A stretch of DNA of 64,000 nt from Patescibacteria group bacterium (GTDB lineage: Bacteria > Patescibacteriota > Minisyncoccia > Phycocordibacterales > BOKC01), in contig JBBTWE010000001.1 in assembly GCA_038062955.1 (NCBI GenBank), forward strand, positions 253,925 to 317,924, written 5' to 3'. The translations under genes and the position numbers were made by a program. The notes under the pieces are model-generated. The model saw nothing but the letters and a program-made list of their open reading frames with translations, had not been told where the DNA came from and made no database searches. Positions 39,877 to 49,834 of this stretch are shown piece after piece; position 1 is the first letter of the stretch, and each line of letters opens with the position of its first letter.

Positions 39877-40785
39877 TTATCTAAAGATCACAGAGCCGCT
39901 ATCAAATTTGAGATCCAAAACCAATTCACCTTTCGAAGTGAAATGATATCCTTGTGTGTCTTGAAGAAGATTTACAAATTCGGCCTCTTGCGAACCTTCA
40001 CAGAACATCAGTGTTGAAACAATTTGGTCAAAAGATATTGTGCCTTTTTCTGCTTCGTAATGCCCACCCATACTATTACAATCTGTTCCCGCAGAGAATC
40101 TTCCATCATTTAAAAAAGTAAGGGTAAATTTATTTGGTTGTTTAGGTATTATTTCTCGTCCGTCATTATACAAAGCCCTCACCCAATTCCAGGTTTTCAT
40201 GTCTAACTTCATTCTTTTCGGATCAGCCTCTCCTTCAAAATTTTGAACAACTTCACCAAATTGCATCGTCTCCGTATCTAAAATAAGCCAAATACTTTTC
40301 CCAATTGATGGCGATGTGGAGAATGGTTCCCCCTGTGCGCGGTCTGCGTAATTCACAATAATAATTTTTCCTTTACCTTTTTCTGTTGTTTGAGGGGCGA
40401 TTCGATCTCCTAAAAACAATGCCTCTCCGCCAACATATCCACGCCCGGTATTAAGGGCCGCTACAACATAATAAAATATTCCGCTTCCCCCGGTTTCTTG
40501 AGTAAGTAGAAATACAATATCTTCTCGGCCGTCATCATTCAAATCTTCACGCAATTCATTCCCAAAATATTTTGTTGTGATCTTCGATACGGAATTGGAG
40601 GAATCAGTAATTTCAGAAATACCATTTGTTAATTTGATACGTTCGCCCGCAACCACATATTCAGCGTTCTTATGATCCACCATGAGAACTGAATCTCTTT
40701 CTTTATTTACAGAGCTGTTAAGCAAATAGAAAACACCCACAACCACGACAATCACTATAAAAATGTAAGTTAATATTTTATTCAT
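39877..40785 (-). CDS. exported protein with C-terminal META domain
   Basis: WNWV ... GTDCNSMGGHY ... LMFCEG. Confidence 0.55.
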   Translation of the reverse strand: MNKILTYIFIVIVVVVGVFYLLNSSVNKERDSVLMVDHKNAEYVVAGERIKLTNGISEITDSSNSVSKITTKYFGNELREDLNDDGREDIVFLLTQETGGSGIFYYVVAALNTGRGYVGGEALFLGDRIAPQTTEKGKGKIIIVNYADRAQGEPFSTSPSIGKSIWLILDTETMQFGEVVQNFEGEADPKRMKLDMKTWNWVRALYNDGREIIPKQPNKFTLTFLNDGRFSAGTDCNSMGGHYEAEKGTISFDQIVSTLMFCEGSQEAEFVNLLQDTQGYHFTSKGELVLDLKFDSGSVIFR

Positions 40786-40818
40786 TTTGTAACAACCTTG
40801 TTTGCACTATTCATCATA

Positions 40819-41526
40819 TTAATTATATTCGTGAATAATATCTGTTATAAAAGATTTTATTTCCTGATCATTTTGAGCTGAAAAGAAGGCGTTCGCGTCT
40901 TCATCAGCTAATAGTCTTCCTTTTTTCAAGAAGAAAACTCTATCAGCAATGGATTTGGCAAACGAAATATGATGAGTGACTATTAGCATCGTGTACCCAT
41001 CACTTGCTAGTGTACGGACCAAATCAAGAACACTTTTTGTGAGTTCTGGATCTAAAGATGATGTGATTTCATCCAAAAATAATATCTCTGGCTTCATCAT
41101 GATAGAGCGAAGAAGGGCGACTCTTTGCTTTTGACCTCCTGACAAATCATGAGGGTAGGAATTCTTGTATTTTTCTAATCCAAATCTTTTAAGCAATCCA
41201 AGGGCTTCTTCTGTAATTTTATGGCTACTATTTTTAGAATTTAAAGAAGGGGCTAAAGTAAGATTTTCTAAGACATTCAAATGTGGCCACAGTGTATATT
41301 CTTGGGATACATAGCCAAAATTTGCTCCTGTTTCAAAAGAGAATGATCCTTTATCTGGTTTCTTTAACCCCGAAAGTAATTTAAGGAGAGTGGACTTGCC
41401 AGCACCACTAGGGCCGAGGATAGCAATCACTTCTCCTTTTTTAACCTCGAACGAAACGTTAATAACCCCTTCTTCAGAGCCAGCAAAGTTGGAGTATTTC
41501 TTTGTGAGGTTTTTAACTTTAATCAT
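40819..41526 (-). CDS. ABC transporter ATP-binding protein (polar amino-acid type)
   Basis: GPSGAGKST, LSGGQKQRVAL, LFLDEITS. Confidence 0.85.
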   Translation of the reverse strand: MIKVKNLTKKYSNFAGSEEGVINVSFEVKKGEVIAILGPSGAGKSTLLKLLSGLKKPDKGSFSFETGANFGYVSQEYTLWPHLNVLENLTLAPSLNSKNSSHKITEEALGLLKRFGLEKYKNSYPHDLSGGQKQRVALLRSIMMKPEILFLDEITSSLDPELTKSVLDLVRTLASDGYTMLIVTHHISFAKSIADRVFFLKKGRLLADEDANAFFSAQNDQEIKSFITDIIHEYN

Positions 41527-42172
41527 ATTGAATTACATTTCTTTTCTTATAGATCGTTATCAGGATATGGAGAGGAGCAAGAATGATGGCGAAGAATAGA
41601 ACAAGCAAAGAATAGATGGCTACCGGATCATATACCATGGAGTTTATAGTTTGAGAGACTTTGAAGAGTTCGGGAACAGAGATAAGACTTGCGAATAGAG
41701 TATATTCGAGCATTGTAGCTTGATTAAGAGCGATACTTGGCAAAGCTCTTTTCATAAGGATCGGCAATTCTATATGTTTAATGATCTGACTATTCGTCAT
41801 GCCGAGCGTCACGCCTGCTTCCTTGTATGCAATAGGCAAAAGTTTTAACTCTGATTGGATGATAAAGGCAACTGCAACCATGTTAACAAAACCGAGAGCA
41901 ACTACTGTTGTCCAAAAAGGATCTACGACTATACCGAGAATCGCTTGTAATGGAAAATGAAGCCAAAACAATAAAACCAAAACCGGCACTATTTTGGTTA
42001 AGAACTTCAAACTACTAACAACAGAAGAAATAGATTTAGAAGATCTTCCTCCTATAGCGCCGAGTAATATTCCAAGGGGAACACCGATCAGGACTATAAG
42101 AAAAAGAAGCTCAACGGTCGTTAAAAGACCTTGGAGAAAAAGATGACGGTATTCGATTAGAATATCAATCAT
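41519..42172 (-). CDS. amino-acid ABC transporter permease
   Basis: EAGVTLGMTNSQIIKHIELP is the EAA-like loop. Confidence 0.8.
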   Translation of the reverse strand: MIDILIEYRHLFLQGLLTTVELLFLIVLIGVPLGILLGAIGGRSSKSISSVVSSLKFLTKIVPVLVLLFWLHFPLQAILGIVVDPFWTTVVALGFVNMVAVAFIIQSELKLLPIAYKEAGVTLGMTNSQIIKHIELPILMKRALPSIALNQATMLEYTLFASLISVPELFKVSQTINSMVYDPVAIYSLLVLFFAIILAPLHILITIYKKRNVIQYD

Positions 42173-42174
42173 AT

Positions 42175-42981
42175 TTAATTAATCCGATAAAGGGTTTCGA
42201 CTTCGTATTTCTTAAGAATTTTCTCTATCTCGCCATTATTGAGAAGCTCTTGAATAGCCCCACTCCACTCATTTACAAGCGGATTATTTTTATTGAATGC
42301 GAAACTATCTCCATAAGCGCGAACGGGCTCATTACCAATTCTCTCAATAGTGTTTGGATGTGACTTTAGAAAGTCTGCTGCGGCTGATGGTTCATTGAAT
42401 GACACGTCGGCCTTTTTTTGAACGATATTTAAGAAGACTTCAGCATAAGACGATAGTTGAGACAAAGTCACCAATCTGGCTTTTGGATAATCTTCCTGAG
42501 CGATAAAGACTGCCAATTCTCCGTCTATTGCGCTAATTGTATATTCGCTGGAATTAAGTACACTAAGGTCGCTGTTAAATCTGATATCTCCTTTTTTGAC
42601 ATAAGGGTAAAGAACGCTATCCATTGGTGCGATAGAAAATGTAGCGACTTTTTCTCTTGCCTCGTTCGGCCACATCTGTGTTCCAAGAACGTCATATCTA
42701 TTTGTGTTCAATCCCTCCAAAGCCGTACCCCAACCAACCTCTTCTGCCCAATCAGTTTTGAGATCAAGTCTCTTTGCTACAGCTTCAACAATGTCATAAG
42801 AAACACCCGACAAGGCGCCAGTTGTAGGATCTTTAACTAAAAGAGGTGGATATACAATGTATCCGATGCGGATAGTGTTTTCTTCAGAAGACGAATTGTT
42901 GGTCTTATTTGAAGAGGAAACTATTAGATAAAGTGCCGCCAAAGCAATGACGACCAATATAAATATTATTGTCTTTTTCAT
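42175..42981 (-). CDS. ABC substrate-binding protein (family 3)
   Basis: Signal anchor followed by a periplasmic-binding-protein fold. Operon with the ATPase and permease. Confidence 0.7.
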   Translation of the reverse strand: MKKTIIFILVVIALAALYLIVSSSNKTNNSSSEENTIRIGYIVYPPLLVKDPTTGALSGVSYDIVEAVAKRLDLKTDWAEEVGWGTALEGLNTNRYDVLGTQMWPNEAREKVATFSIAPMDSVLYPYVKKGDIRFNSDLSVLNSSEYTISAIDGELAVFIAQEDYPKARLVTLSQLSSYAEVFLNIVQKKADVSFNEPSAAADFLKSHPNTIERIGNEPVRAYGDSFAFNKNNPLVNEWSGAIQELLNNGEIEKILKKYEVETLYRIN

Positions 42982-43250
42982 ATATATAATTTTACCAAAG
43001 TTTTTAACCCTTAGCTATTTTAATAAGCGTTCTTAAAATCACTAGGCTCTTCGAAATCCGAACCTATCTCAAACTAGCTGGCCATCTTGAGCTAGAACCT
43101 TTTACTTCATTGCCCCGTAAGGCTTTCTGGTTGAATTTTATTGTATCAAATCGACGCAACTTGAGCACCTATGTTTTTTACTTTATTTTTGTCCTTCAGA
43201 TTGCCAAGTCTGAATCCTCACCTCCTCCCGGCAACGAGAAGAAGTTTTGT

Positions 43251-43823
43251 TTATCGGTAAAGACCATTCTCTTCGATATAAGATGTAATTCCCTCTGGAA
43301 CCAACTTCTTGTACCTCTCATCACCATTTTTGACCATCTCTCGTATTTTTGTACTTGAAATCCCCCCAACCTCCTCTTCTAAAATTACTAAATTGTTGTT
43401 TAAGGTCAACTCTTCAGGAAATTCATATCCAGACCTTTTGATGATCACGAACTTTTCGTTCAGACCAATAACTCTTTCTTTAATAGCCAAAAATCCATCG
43501 ATACCGCACAATTGGAAGATTTCATTTTCTGACTGAGATTTCAATTCCACTATGATTTCATGTGTGTATCTTCCATCGTTCTCTATTGCGGCCATTATCA
43601 GCTTCACTGGAATACTAATTACTGATCTTAAGTATTTAACGAAAACGTTTCCTAAATCCTTCCTATCTTTCGGACTCGTAGGTATTTCTCTATCAACTCT
43701 CTTGCCTGATGGCAAAATCCATACTTCATCAAAAGTAATATTTTCAAGTGCAACCTTAACCGCCGAAGCGTGGCCAAAGTGAGGAGGATTGAAAGTTCCG
43801 GGATAAAATAAAATTTTTTTCAT
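43251..43823 (-). CDS. nadD: nicotinate-nucleotide adenylyltransferase
   Basis: YPGTFNPPHFGH, the (H/T)xGH motif. Confidence 0.8.
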   Translation of the reverse strand: MKKILFYPGTFNPPHFGHASAVKVALENITFDEVWILPSGKRVDREIPTSPKDRKDLGNVFVKYLRSVISIPVKLIMAAIENDGRYTHEIIVELKSQSENEIFQLCGIDGFLAIKERVIGLNEKFVIIKRSGYEFPEELTLNNNLVILEEEVGGISSTKIREMVKNGDERYKKLVPEGITSYIEENGLYR

Positions 43824-43893
43824 AGAAGTATTTTTAGGCTCCTCGGAGTCATTTTCCTACATACGGTTGTCCTATGTAGGAATATGATCTTTT

Positions 43894-44481
43894 TTATTTT
43901 TGTCCTTCGGATTGCCAAGTCTTTATTGTTTCAGATGGGTGCACAAGCATGATTACATTTAGTGCCAAATTATCTCGAACCCAAAAGAGACACCCGACCT
44001 CCATAAGCACAATAAGTACAACTGAAGTCCAAAATTTTGAACACTTAGAAATAATAAAACCAAACCCTGCAAAAACAACATCCGAAACAGAATTGAGAAT
44101 ACTGTCACCAACATACCCCTGTGCAATAGTCACTGCTCTGTAGCGATCAATAATAATTGGTGAATTCTCCAAAAGCTCCCACGCCGCCTCCATAATAAGT
44201 GCCATGATAAACCTGTACTTCATTGGAACCTTAGGGGCTATCCACCAAAGAAACGCGTAGAAAAGCATTCCATGAATGATGTGTGAAAATGTATATGCAT
44301 CTGCCACACGCTGAGAATTCTCGGAACTCCACACGCTGGATTCCCACCAACCAAACATACCGTCCGGACCTAATAGTGACCTCCCTGTTAAATACTCGAT
44401 CCCTCCCGTAATCAGTAAAATCAAAAAAAACAATATGATCACCAACCAGTATTTTTTTAGAAAATCTAGAATAAATTTCAT
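43894..44481 (-). CDS. polytopic membrane protein, DUF2585/UPF0314-like
   Basis: FSHIIHG motif and 5 TM helices. Confidence 0.35.
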   Translation of the reverse strand: MKFILDFLKKYWLVIILFFLILLITGGIEYLTGRSLLGPDGMFGWWESSVWSSENSQRVADAYTFSHIIHGMLFYAFLWWIAPKVPMKYRFIMALIMEAAWELLENSPIIIDRYRAVTIAQGYVGDSILNSVSDVVFAGFGFIISKCSKFWTSVVLIVLMEVGCLFWVRDNLALNVIMLVHPSETIKTWQSEGQK

Positions 44482-44622
44482 CTCCTTATTTTAGCACTTC
44501 ATTCTTCAAAAAATGGCTCGTGCTGAGCTTGCCGAAGTGCTGGGGCTCTTGGATGACGTTAGAACCATTCTACTGGAGGGAAAGAGTGAGTTTTATAATA
44601 ACAAATCGACGCGTCTCAAGCA

Positions 44623-45015
44623 CTATAGTCTTGTTTCGGGAGTTCGGTCAATAAGTTCATGTGCTTTGTTCATCTCATCAGGAGTATTGAAGTAAATAAT
44701 TTTATATTTCCCTGAAGTAGTTTTATTAATGTGATCATGAGTTATCTCAAGAATATGAATTAGACCCCAATAAATCCATTTGCCATTCCTATTTTCAACA
44801 AGAAAGTTCCTGACGGGTGGCGATTGATAGAGCCGAATGCCTGGTTTGTTTCTGAATTCGAATATACGATCAGAGAATTGTTCAACCTTAAGGGGATTAA
44901 TCTTATGTTTTCCATAGTCAAGATCAACAGGAAATCCTTGCTCCTTAGATATTTGTAGTGTGTCATTGATTTCTATAATACTTCCCATAGGTTTCATTAT
45001 ATCTCTTTTTCTCAA
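44623..45015 (-). CDS. hypothetical protein
   Basis: 130-aa ORF with no recognised motif. Confidence 0.35.
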   Translation of the reverse strand: MRKRDIMKPMGSIIEINDTLQISKEQGFPVDLDYGKHKINPLKVEQFSDRIFEFRNKPGIRLYQSPPVRNFLVENRNGKWIYWGLIHILEITHDHINKTTSGKYKIIYFNTPDEMNKAHELIDRTPETRL

Positions 45016-45080
45016 ATCCCGTAGCTACGCAAAACTAGAGAATTGTCGTATTGACACATCTTGAGCTAGCTCAAATCGGC

Positions 45081-45149
45081 TGGGGGACTAGGATTCGGAC
45101 CTAGATAGGCGCCTCCAAAGGGCGCAGTCCTACCATTAGACGATCCCCC
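45081..45149 (-). tRNA. tRNA-Gln(UUG), somewhat short D region
   Basis: Anticodon stem GCGCC/GGCGC with loop CTTTGGA. T-arm CTAGG-TCCGAAT-CCTAG. Acceptor GGGGGAT paired with GTCCCCC. Confidence 0.55.
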
Positions 45150-45155
45150 AAAATA

Positions 45156-45413
45156 TTATTTGTTATCAAATAAATTTTTCATGAATTTTCTACCTTTTTT
45201 ACTTTTTAAATATTTTTCTCTATTTATTGCTTCAATTCTGCTTACAAATGTCTCCGTATAAAACAAGTCCCATGGAGCATATTTAGAAGTAAAATTACTT
45301 TCTCTATTGTTATGTTCTTCTAATCTACGGTTTATATCATTTGTATACCCAACGTAACTCTTTTTATACTTCTGACTTTTTAAGATGTACACAGTATACA
45401 TAGGTCCTACCAT
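45156..45413 (-). CDS. GIY-YIG nuclease-domain protein
   Basis: YTVYILKS...YVGYTNDINRRLEEHN. Confidence 0.75.
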   Translation of the reverse strand: MVGPMYTVYILKSQKYKKSYVGYTNDINRRLEEHNNRESNFTSKYAPWDLFYTETFVSRIEAINREKYLKSKKGRKFMKNLFDNK

Positions 45414-45760
45414 TAGATCCGCCTCGGCTATCGCCTTAGCGAGACGGGCGATCCCCCAAAAAATGCTAGGCGCTAGTAGATTAGGCTCTAGGCATTAGGT
45501 AAATACACAGACTAAAAGATACTTGAAAAATAGAGTTTATTCAAGCGTTGTGTTTTGAATTTATTTCCTTAACTGGCTAGTTTCGAGAACTAGCATACGA
45601 TCTTCGAGTCTTTGGATTCGATTTAGATTATCGATCATCAATTTATACTTCTGATCAGATATATTATCTTTAGATTTCACTTTTTTCTTCATAGATAAAT
45701 TATATCAAAAAGTGGATTAATGATCCAAGAAAAATAACCCCGATTAGGTACTTCCAGATT

Positions 45761-45780
45761 CCTGCCTGCCGGCAGGCAGG
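45761..45780. repeat. perfect 20-bp palindrome CCTGCCTGCCGGCAGGCAGG
   Basis: Identical at 52236-52255 and 61034-61053. Variants occur inside the family B elements. Confidence 0.8.
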
Positions 45781-45813
45781 TGAGACAAGTTGTTTATCCC
45801 TAAAGCCTAGTGC

Positions 45814-47088
45814 CTAATTCCTAGAGCCTACGGCTGTTCCCGCGACATAGCCGGTGGTCCAGCAAAGTTGCAGACTATACCCTCCCGATGGCCGATCAAT
45901 ATTTAATATATCCCCCACCAAATATAAATTTGAGAAAAGTTTAGAACGCATTGTTTTAAAATCTATCTCGTCCAGAATTACTCCACCTTGAGAGATGATT
46001 GCTTTATCTATTCCCAGAAGTTTATCTACCGCGATCGGTATGCCCTTAAGTAGAGTCACAAGCTTCAGACGCTCGGAGCGAGAAATAGTACTGCATAAAA
46101 TCTCTGGATCGATTCCGGAGAGTTCTACTACGATAGGAGCAAGGGCGCTTGGGATTAAATTAGAAAGTGCATTTCTAAACTTTTTCTTGGCATGTTCCTT
46201 AAAAAGATCTTGGAGAGTTTTATTAAGAACGCCGTAATCTTGTGCAGGTAAAAGATCTAAAGAAATTACTACTTCTCCATATTTCAAAAGTTCTCCAATG
46301 TCTTTGCTCATATTGAGAATAGTTGGACCACTCACTCCAACATGAGTAAAAAGAATTTTTCCTTTTATCACATTCTGTTTCTCATTATTTTGAAATATAG
46401 TAATTTTTACAGGATTTAAACTCACACCAGAGAGTCTTTTCACCCAAGCATCTTTTACGGCGATAGGCACAAGGGACGGAGTCGGATCGATCACCGTGTG
46501 CCCGATATTTTTAAGCCATGCAAAACCATCTCCGGTTGAACCAGTTTCCGGACGAGACGTCCCACCAGTTGCAACAACAATTGAGCGCGCTCTTACGATC
46601 TTTTTATTTTTAAGCTTCATGCCAACAATAATATTTTCTTCACGAACAATTTCCGTAACAGGAGAATTGGAAAGGACGGTAACATTATGCTCTTTCATAT
46701 ATTTAACGAGAACATCCCAAACCGACTGCGCCGAATTTGAAACAGGAAAAGTACGCAATTCGTTTTCAACCTTTGTATACATACCACGAGAATGGAAAAA
46801 TTCTAGAGTCTCTTTCACGCTATACTGTGAAAAAGTCGAAAAAAGAAATTTCCCGTCATCTTTAAATTTTTGAAGAAACTTCCGAGTGTCTAATTCGGAG
46901 TTGGTAACATTACATCTACCTCCCCCCGTTATGAGAAGTTTTTTGCCAAGAGTGTCATTCTTTTCAATGAGAATTACCTTGGCGCCCAATTCTGCCGCAC
47001 GTCCTGCCGCCATCATACCCGAAGGCCCGCCGCCAATTACAGCCACGTCCCAGATTTCCATCTCATTTTTGCTTTTATTTAACGCCAT
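45814..47088 (-). CDS. HI0933/BaiN-family NAD(FAD)-utilising flavoprotein
   Basis: VAVIGGGPSGMMAAGRAA ... GGGRCNVTN. Confidence 0.8.
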   Translation of the reverse strand: MALNKSKNEMEIWDVAVIGGGPSGMMAAGRAAELGAKVILIEKNDTLGKKLLITGGGRCNVTNSELDTRKFLQKFKDDGKFLFSTFSQYSVKETLEFFHSRGMYTKVENELRTFPVSNSAQSVWDVLVKYMKEHNVTVLSNSPVTEIVREENIIVGMKLKNKKIVRARSIVVATGGTSRPETGSTGDGFAWLKNIGHTVIDPTPSLVPIAVKDAWVKRLSGVSLNPVKITIFQNNEKQNVIKGKILFTHVGVSGPTILNMSKDIGELLKYGEVVISLDLLPAQDYGVLNKTLQDLFKEHAKKKFRNALSNLIPSALAPIVVELSGIDPEILCSTISRSERLKLVTLLKGIPIAVDKLLGIDKAIISQGGVILDEIDFKTMRSKLFSNLYLVGDILNIDRPSGGYSLQLCWTTGYVAGTAVGSRN

Positions 47089-47127
47089 ATTAACAAGTCT
47101 CGCTATACTAACACAAAAATTAGTGCT

Positions 47128-48594
47128 ATGGTGATGTCTATGTCTCAAAACGGAGTTGTCGTCAGATTCGAAAATGTCTCGTTTCATTACGAGGAAAATA
47201 AACCCTTATTAGATGAGGTAAGTTTTTCTGTACGAAACGGATCCAAAATCTCTATCATGGGACAAAACGGCGCTGGCAAAAGCACAATTTTTAAACTCAT
47301 GACAGGTGGCATTTCTCCGGAAGAGGGAGAAATCCATATTGGTAAAGATGCGACTATCGCTATTTCGCGTCAGGTTATTTCTCCCGAAGAACTTACCCTC
47401 AATGTTCGAGAATTTTTTGAAAAGAGTTTTCATGGAAAAATCTATGATATTGATCCCAGAATTGATTCAATTTTAGAAGTTGTAAATCTGCATGCTCCAC
47501 ATGACAGAATAATTAAAAGTTTTTCCGGCGGCCAACAAGCGCGGCTCCTTCTTGCAAGTGCTCTTATTCAAGACCCGGACGTGCTTCTTTTAGACGAGCC
47601 CACAAACAATCTCGACAAATCCGGCATCGCCCACCTTATTCAGTTTATAAAAAATTATAAAAAAACCTGTCTTGTCATTTCCCACGATGCAGAATTCTTA
47701 AATTCATTTACAGATGGAGTGTTGTATCTCGATGTTTTTACTCAAAAGGTAGAGCAGTATGTTGGTAACTATTTTGACGTGCTCGAAGAAATCACCGCAA
47801 GAATCGAAAAAGAAAATCGCAAAAATGCCCAACTCGGAAAAGAAATTCAAGAAAACAAAGACAAAGCAAATTTCTTCGCCAACAAAGGAGGTCAGATGCG
47901 TCTAGTTGCAAAACGTATGCGAGAAAAAGCGGAAGAGCTCGAAGAAGAAAAAGTGGATGTGCGAAGAGAAGACAGAACCATTCGACCTTTCACAATTCCC
48001 TCTCAAAATGATCTTTTGGGAGATATCCTTTCGCTTACTTCTTTTACGACCATGAATCCCAAAACTCATAAACCGATGAGTCGCAAAACCAAAATAATTT
48101 TAAAAAGAAAACAGCATCTTCTGCTTAAAGGACCAAACGGCATCGGCAAAAGCACTTTGCTCGAATCTATAGCAAATGGAAACGCTGGCGCGATTATAAA
48201 AGAAGGCGTGCGCGTCGGATATTATCGCCAAGATTTCTCAACTTTAAATTTTGATGAAACAGTTTATGATTCTCTTAAAAGTGTAATGGAAAAGCATATT
48301 GATCAGGAATTGCGCTCCACTGCCGCCGGATTTCTTATTACCGGAGATATGATCAGAGCAAAAATCGGCAGTCTCTCACCAGGACAAAAAGGACTTGTGG
48401 CATTTGCTCGCCTCGTTCTCCAAAAACCGGGACTTTTGATTCTTGATGAACCGACCAATCACATTAACTTCCGCCATTTGCCTATTATTGCTGCTGCACT
48501 CGACAGCTTCGAAGGCGCTATGATTTTGGTAAGCCACGTTCCAGAATTCGTCTCCCAAATCCGCATAGACGAAGTACTCGATCTCGAAAAATAA
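47128..48594 (+). CDS. ABC-F family ATPase (tandem ABC domains, no TMD)
   Basis: Two Walker A motifs (GQNGAGKST, GPNGIGKST) and two signature motifs (FSGGQQARL, LSPGQKGLV). Confidence 0.85.
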   Translation: MVMSMSQNGVVVRFENVSFHYEENKPLLDEVSFSVRNGSKISIMGQNGAGKSTIFKLMTGGISPEEGEIHIGKDATIAISRQVISPEELTLNVREFFEKSFHGKIYDIDPRIDSILEVVNLHAPHDRIIKSFSGGQQARLLLASALIQDPDVLLLDEPTNNLDKSGIAHLIQFIKNYKKTCLVISHDAEFLNSFTDGVLYLDVFTQKVEQYVGNYFDVLEEITARIEKENRKNAQLGKEIQENKDKANFFANKGGQMRLVAKRMREKAEELEEEKVDVRREDRTIRPFTIPSQNDLLGDILSLTSFTTMNPKTHKPMSRKTKIILKRKQHLLLKGPNGIGKSTLLESIANGNAGAIIKEGVRVGYYRQDFSTLNFDETVYDSLKSVMEKHIDQELRSTAAGFLITGDMIRAKIGSLSPGQKGLVAFARLVLQKPGLLILDEPTNHINFRHLPIIAAALDSFEGAMILVSHVPEFVSQIRIDEVLDLEK

Positions 48595-48612
48595 TCTTAA
48601 TTAACTTGCTAG

Positions 48613-48723
48613 AACTTTCAGATTTGAGACAAGTTGTTTGATAAAATTGAGTATCGAAACGAGACGTATTTAATAATACGATGAAGTGAGACACGGAAAT
48701 TTTAGCAAGCAAATTGGCCAAAT
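48613..48723. repeat. 111-bp element, right (inverted) copy
   Basis: Reverse complement of 19279-19389, and carries a pseudo-start GTGGAAGTT. Confidence 0.85.
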
Positions 48724-48732
48724 GTGGAAGTT

Positions 48733-49767
48733 CTACTTCTTACAGATCTTGATTAGGGCTAACTCGAGTGGAAGTTGAGGTACGTAAGACGAACCGATTT
48801 GGTCATAAGCGCCGAGAAATTCGAGAAGCGCTTGGGAATTTACTTTCGACTCTTTTTTAACGCTTAAATTTTTCAAGAAATCAAAATCTTCTTTCCGCAG
48901 TTCCTTTTCAATATCTGCGTCTAAACCAGCTTTGAGACGGAGGAGCATAACAAACCTCATTCTCTGCAAGATTAGCTTTAGAAAAGTTTTAACATCAATA
49001 TTCTGTTCGACGACTTTAGAAATAGTCTGCAAACCAACTTCTAAATTACCATCGGATAAAGCCTCGACAAAAGAATTGATAAGTTCACTTTTTGGGGCAC
49101 CAGTAACAAGTTCAACCTCTTCCAAGATAATTTTTTTGTCTTTTGAGTAGCTTAATACTTTTTGCAAAGTTCCTTGAGCATCGCGGAAAGATCCTTCGGA
49201 AAGCAAAGAGATTAAATCCGCCGATGCAGGCTCTATCACAAAACCTTCTTTCTTTCCGACATTTATAATCATCTCGCGCAAAACACTGTGACTTGGTTTC
49301 TTAAAATTAAAAACCTGACATCTTGAAACAACTGTCTCTGGCAATTTCTCAACTTCGGTGGTTGCTAGAATAAAAACAACGTACGCGGGAGGTTCTTCCA
49401 ATGTTTTAAGAAGAGCATTAAAAGCATCCTTAGTGAGCATGTGCACCTCGTCCACAATATAAACTTTGTAAGGCGATTTAAATGGAGAAGCCGACACCGA
49501 TTCTTTTATTTCTCTAATATCATCAATTCCCCTGTTTGAAGCGGCATCTATTTCATACAAATCTTCGCTCTCACAACCAATCTCCCTCGCCAAAATTCTT
49601 GCCACACTCGTCTTCCCTGTTCCGCGCGCACCAGTAAAAAGATAGGCATGCGAAATACGTTTGAGTTTAATTGAATTCTCAATAACTTTTATTATGTGAT
49701 CTTGGCCCAAGACATCTTCAAAACCCTTGGGACGATATTTTCTGTATAAGGCAATGTCACTAACCAT
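48733..49767 (-). CDS. dnaX: DNA polymerase III gamma/tau subunit, short form
   Basis: YRPKGFEDVLGQDHI, GARGTGKTS, the DEVH box, SRCQ. Confidence 0.85.
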   Translation of the reverse strand: MVSDIALYRKYRPKGFEDVLGQDHIIKVIENSIKLKRISHAYLFTGARGTGKTSVARILAREIGCESEDLYEIDAASNRGIDDIREIKESVSASPFKSPYKVYIVDEVHMLTKDAFNALLKTLEEPPAYVVFILATTEVEKLPETVVSRCQVFNFKKPSHSVLREMIINVGKKEGFVIEPASADLISLLSEGSFRDAQGTLQKVLSYSKDKKIILEEVELVTGAPKSELINSFVEALSDGNLEVGLQTISKVVEQNIDVKTFLKLILQRMRFVMLLRLKAGLDADIEKELRKEDFDFLKNLSVKKESKVNSQALLEFLGAYDQIGSSYVPQLPLELALIKICKK

Positions 49768-49834
49768 AAAGTTCTAATAATTATAATCGAAAGAGATTCA
49801 TAAGTCGAAATTTTAAAAAATTGGTTATAAAAAA

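Noticed and set aside
44513-44695. 60-aa plus-strand ORF MARAELAEVLGLLDD...
   Set aside because: It is created by a GC-rich insert inside a repeat copy and runs into AT-rich sequence, with no RBS or promoter. Probably not a gene.
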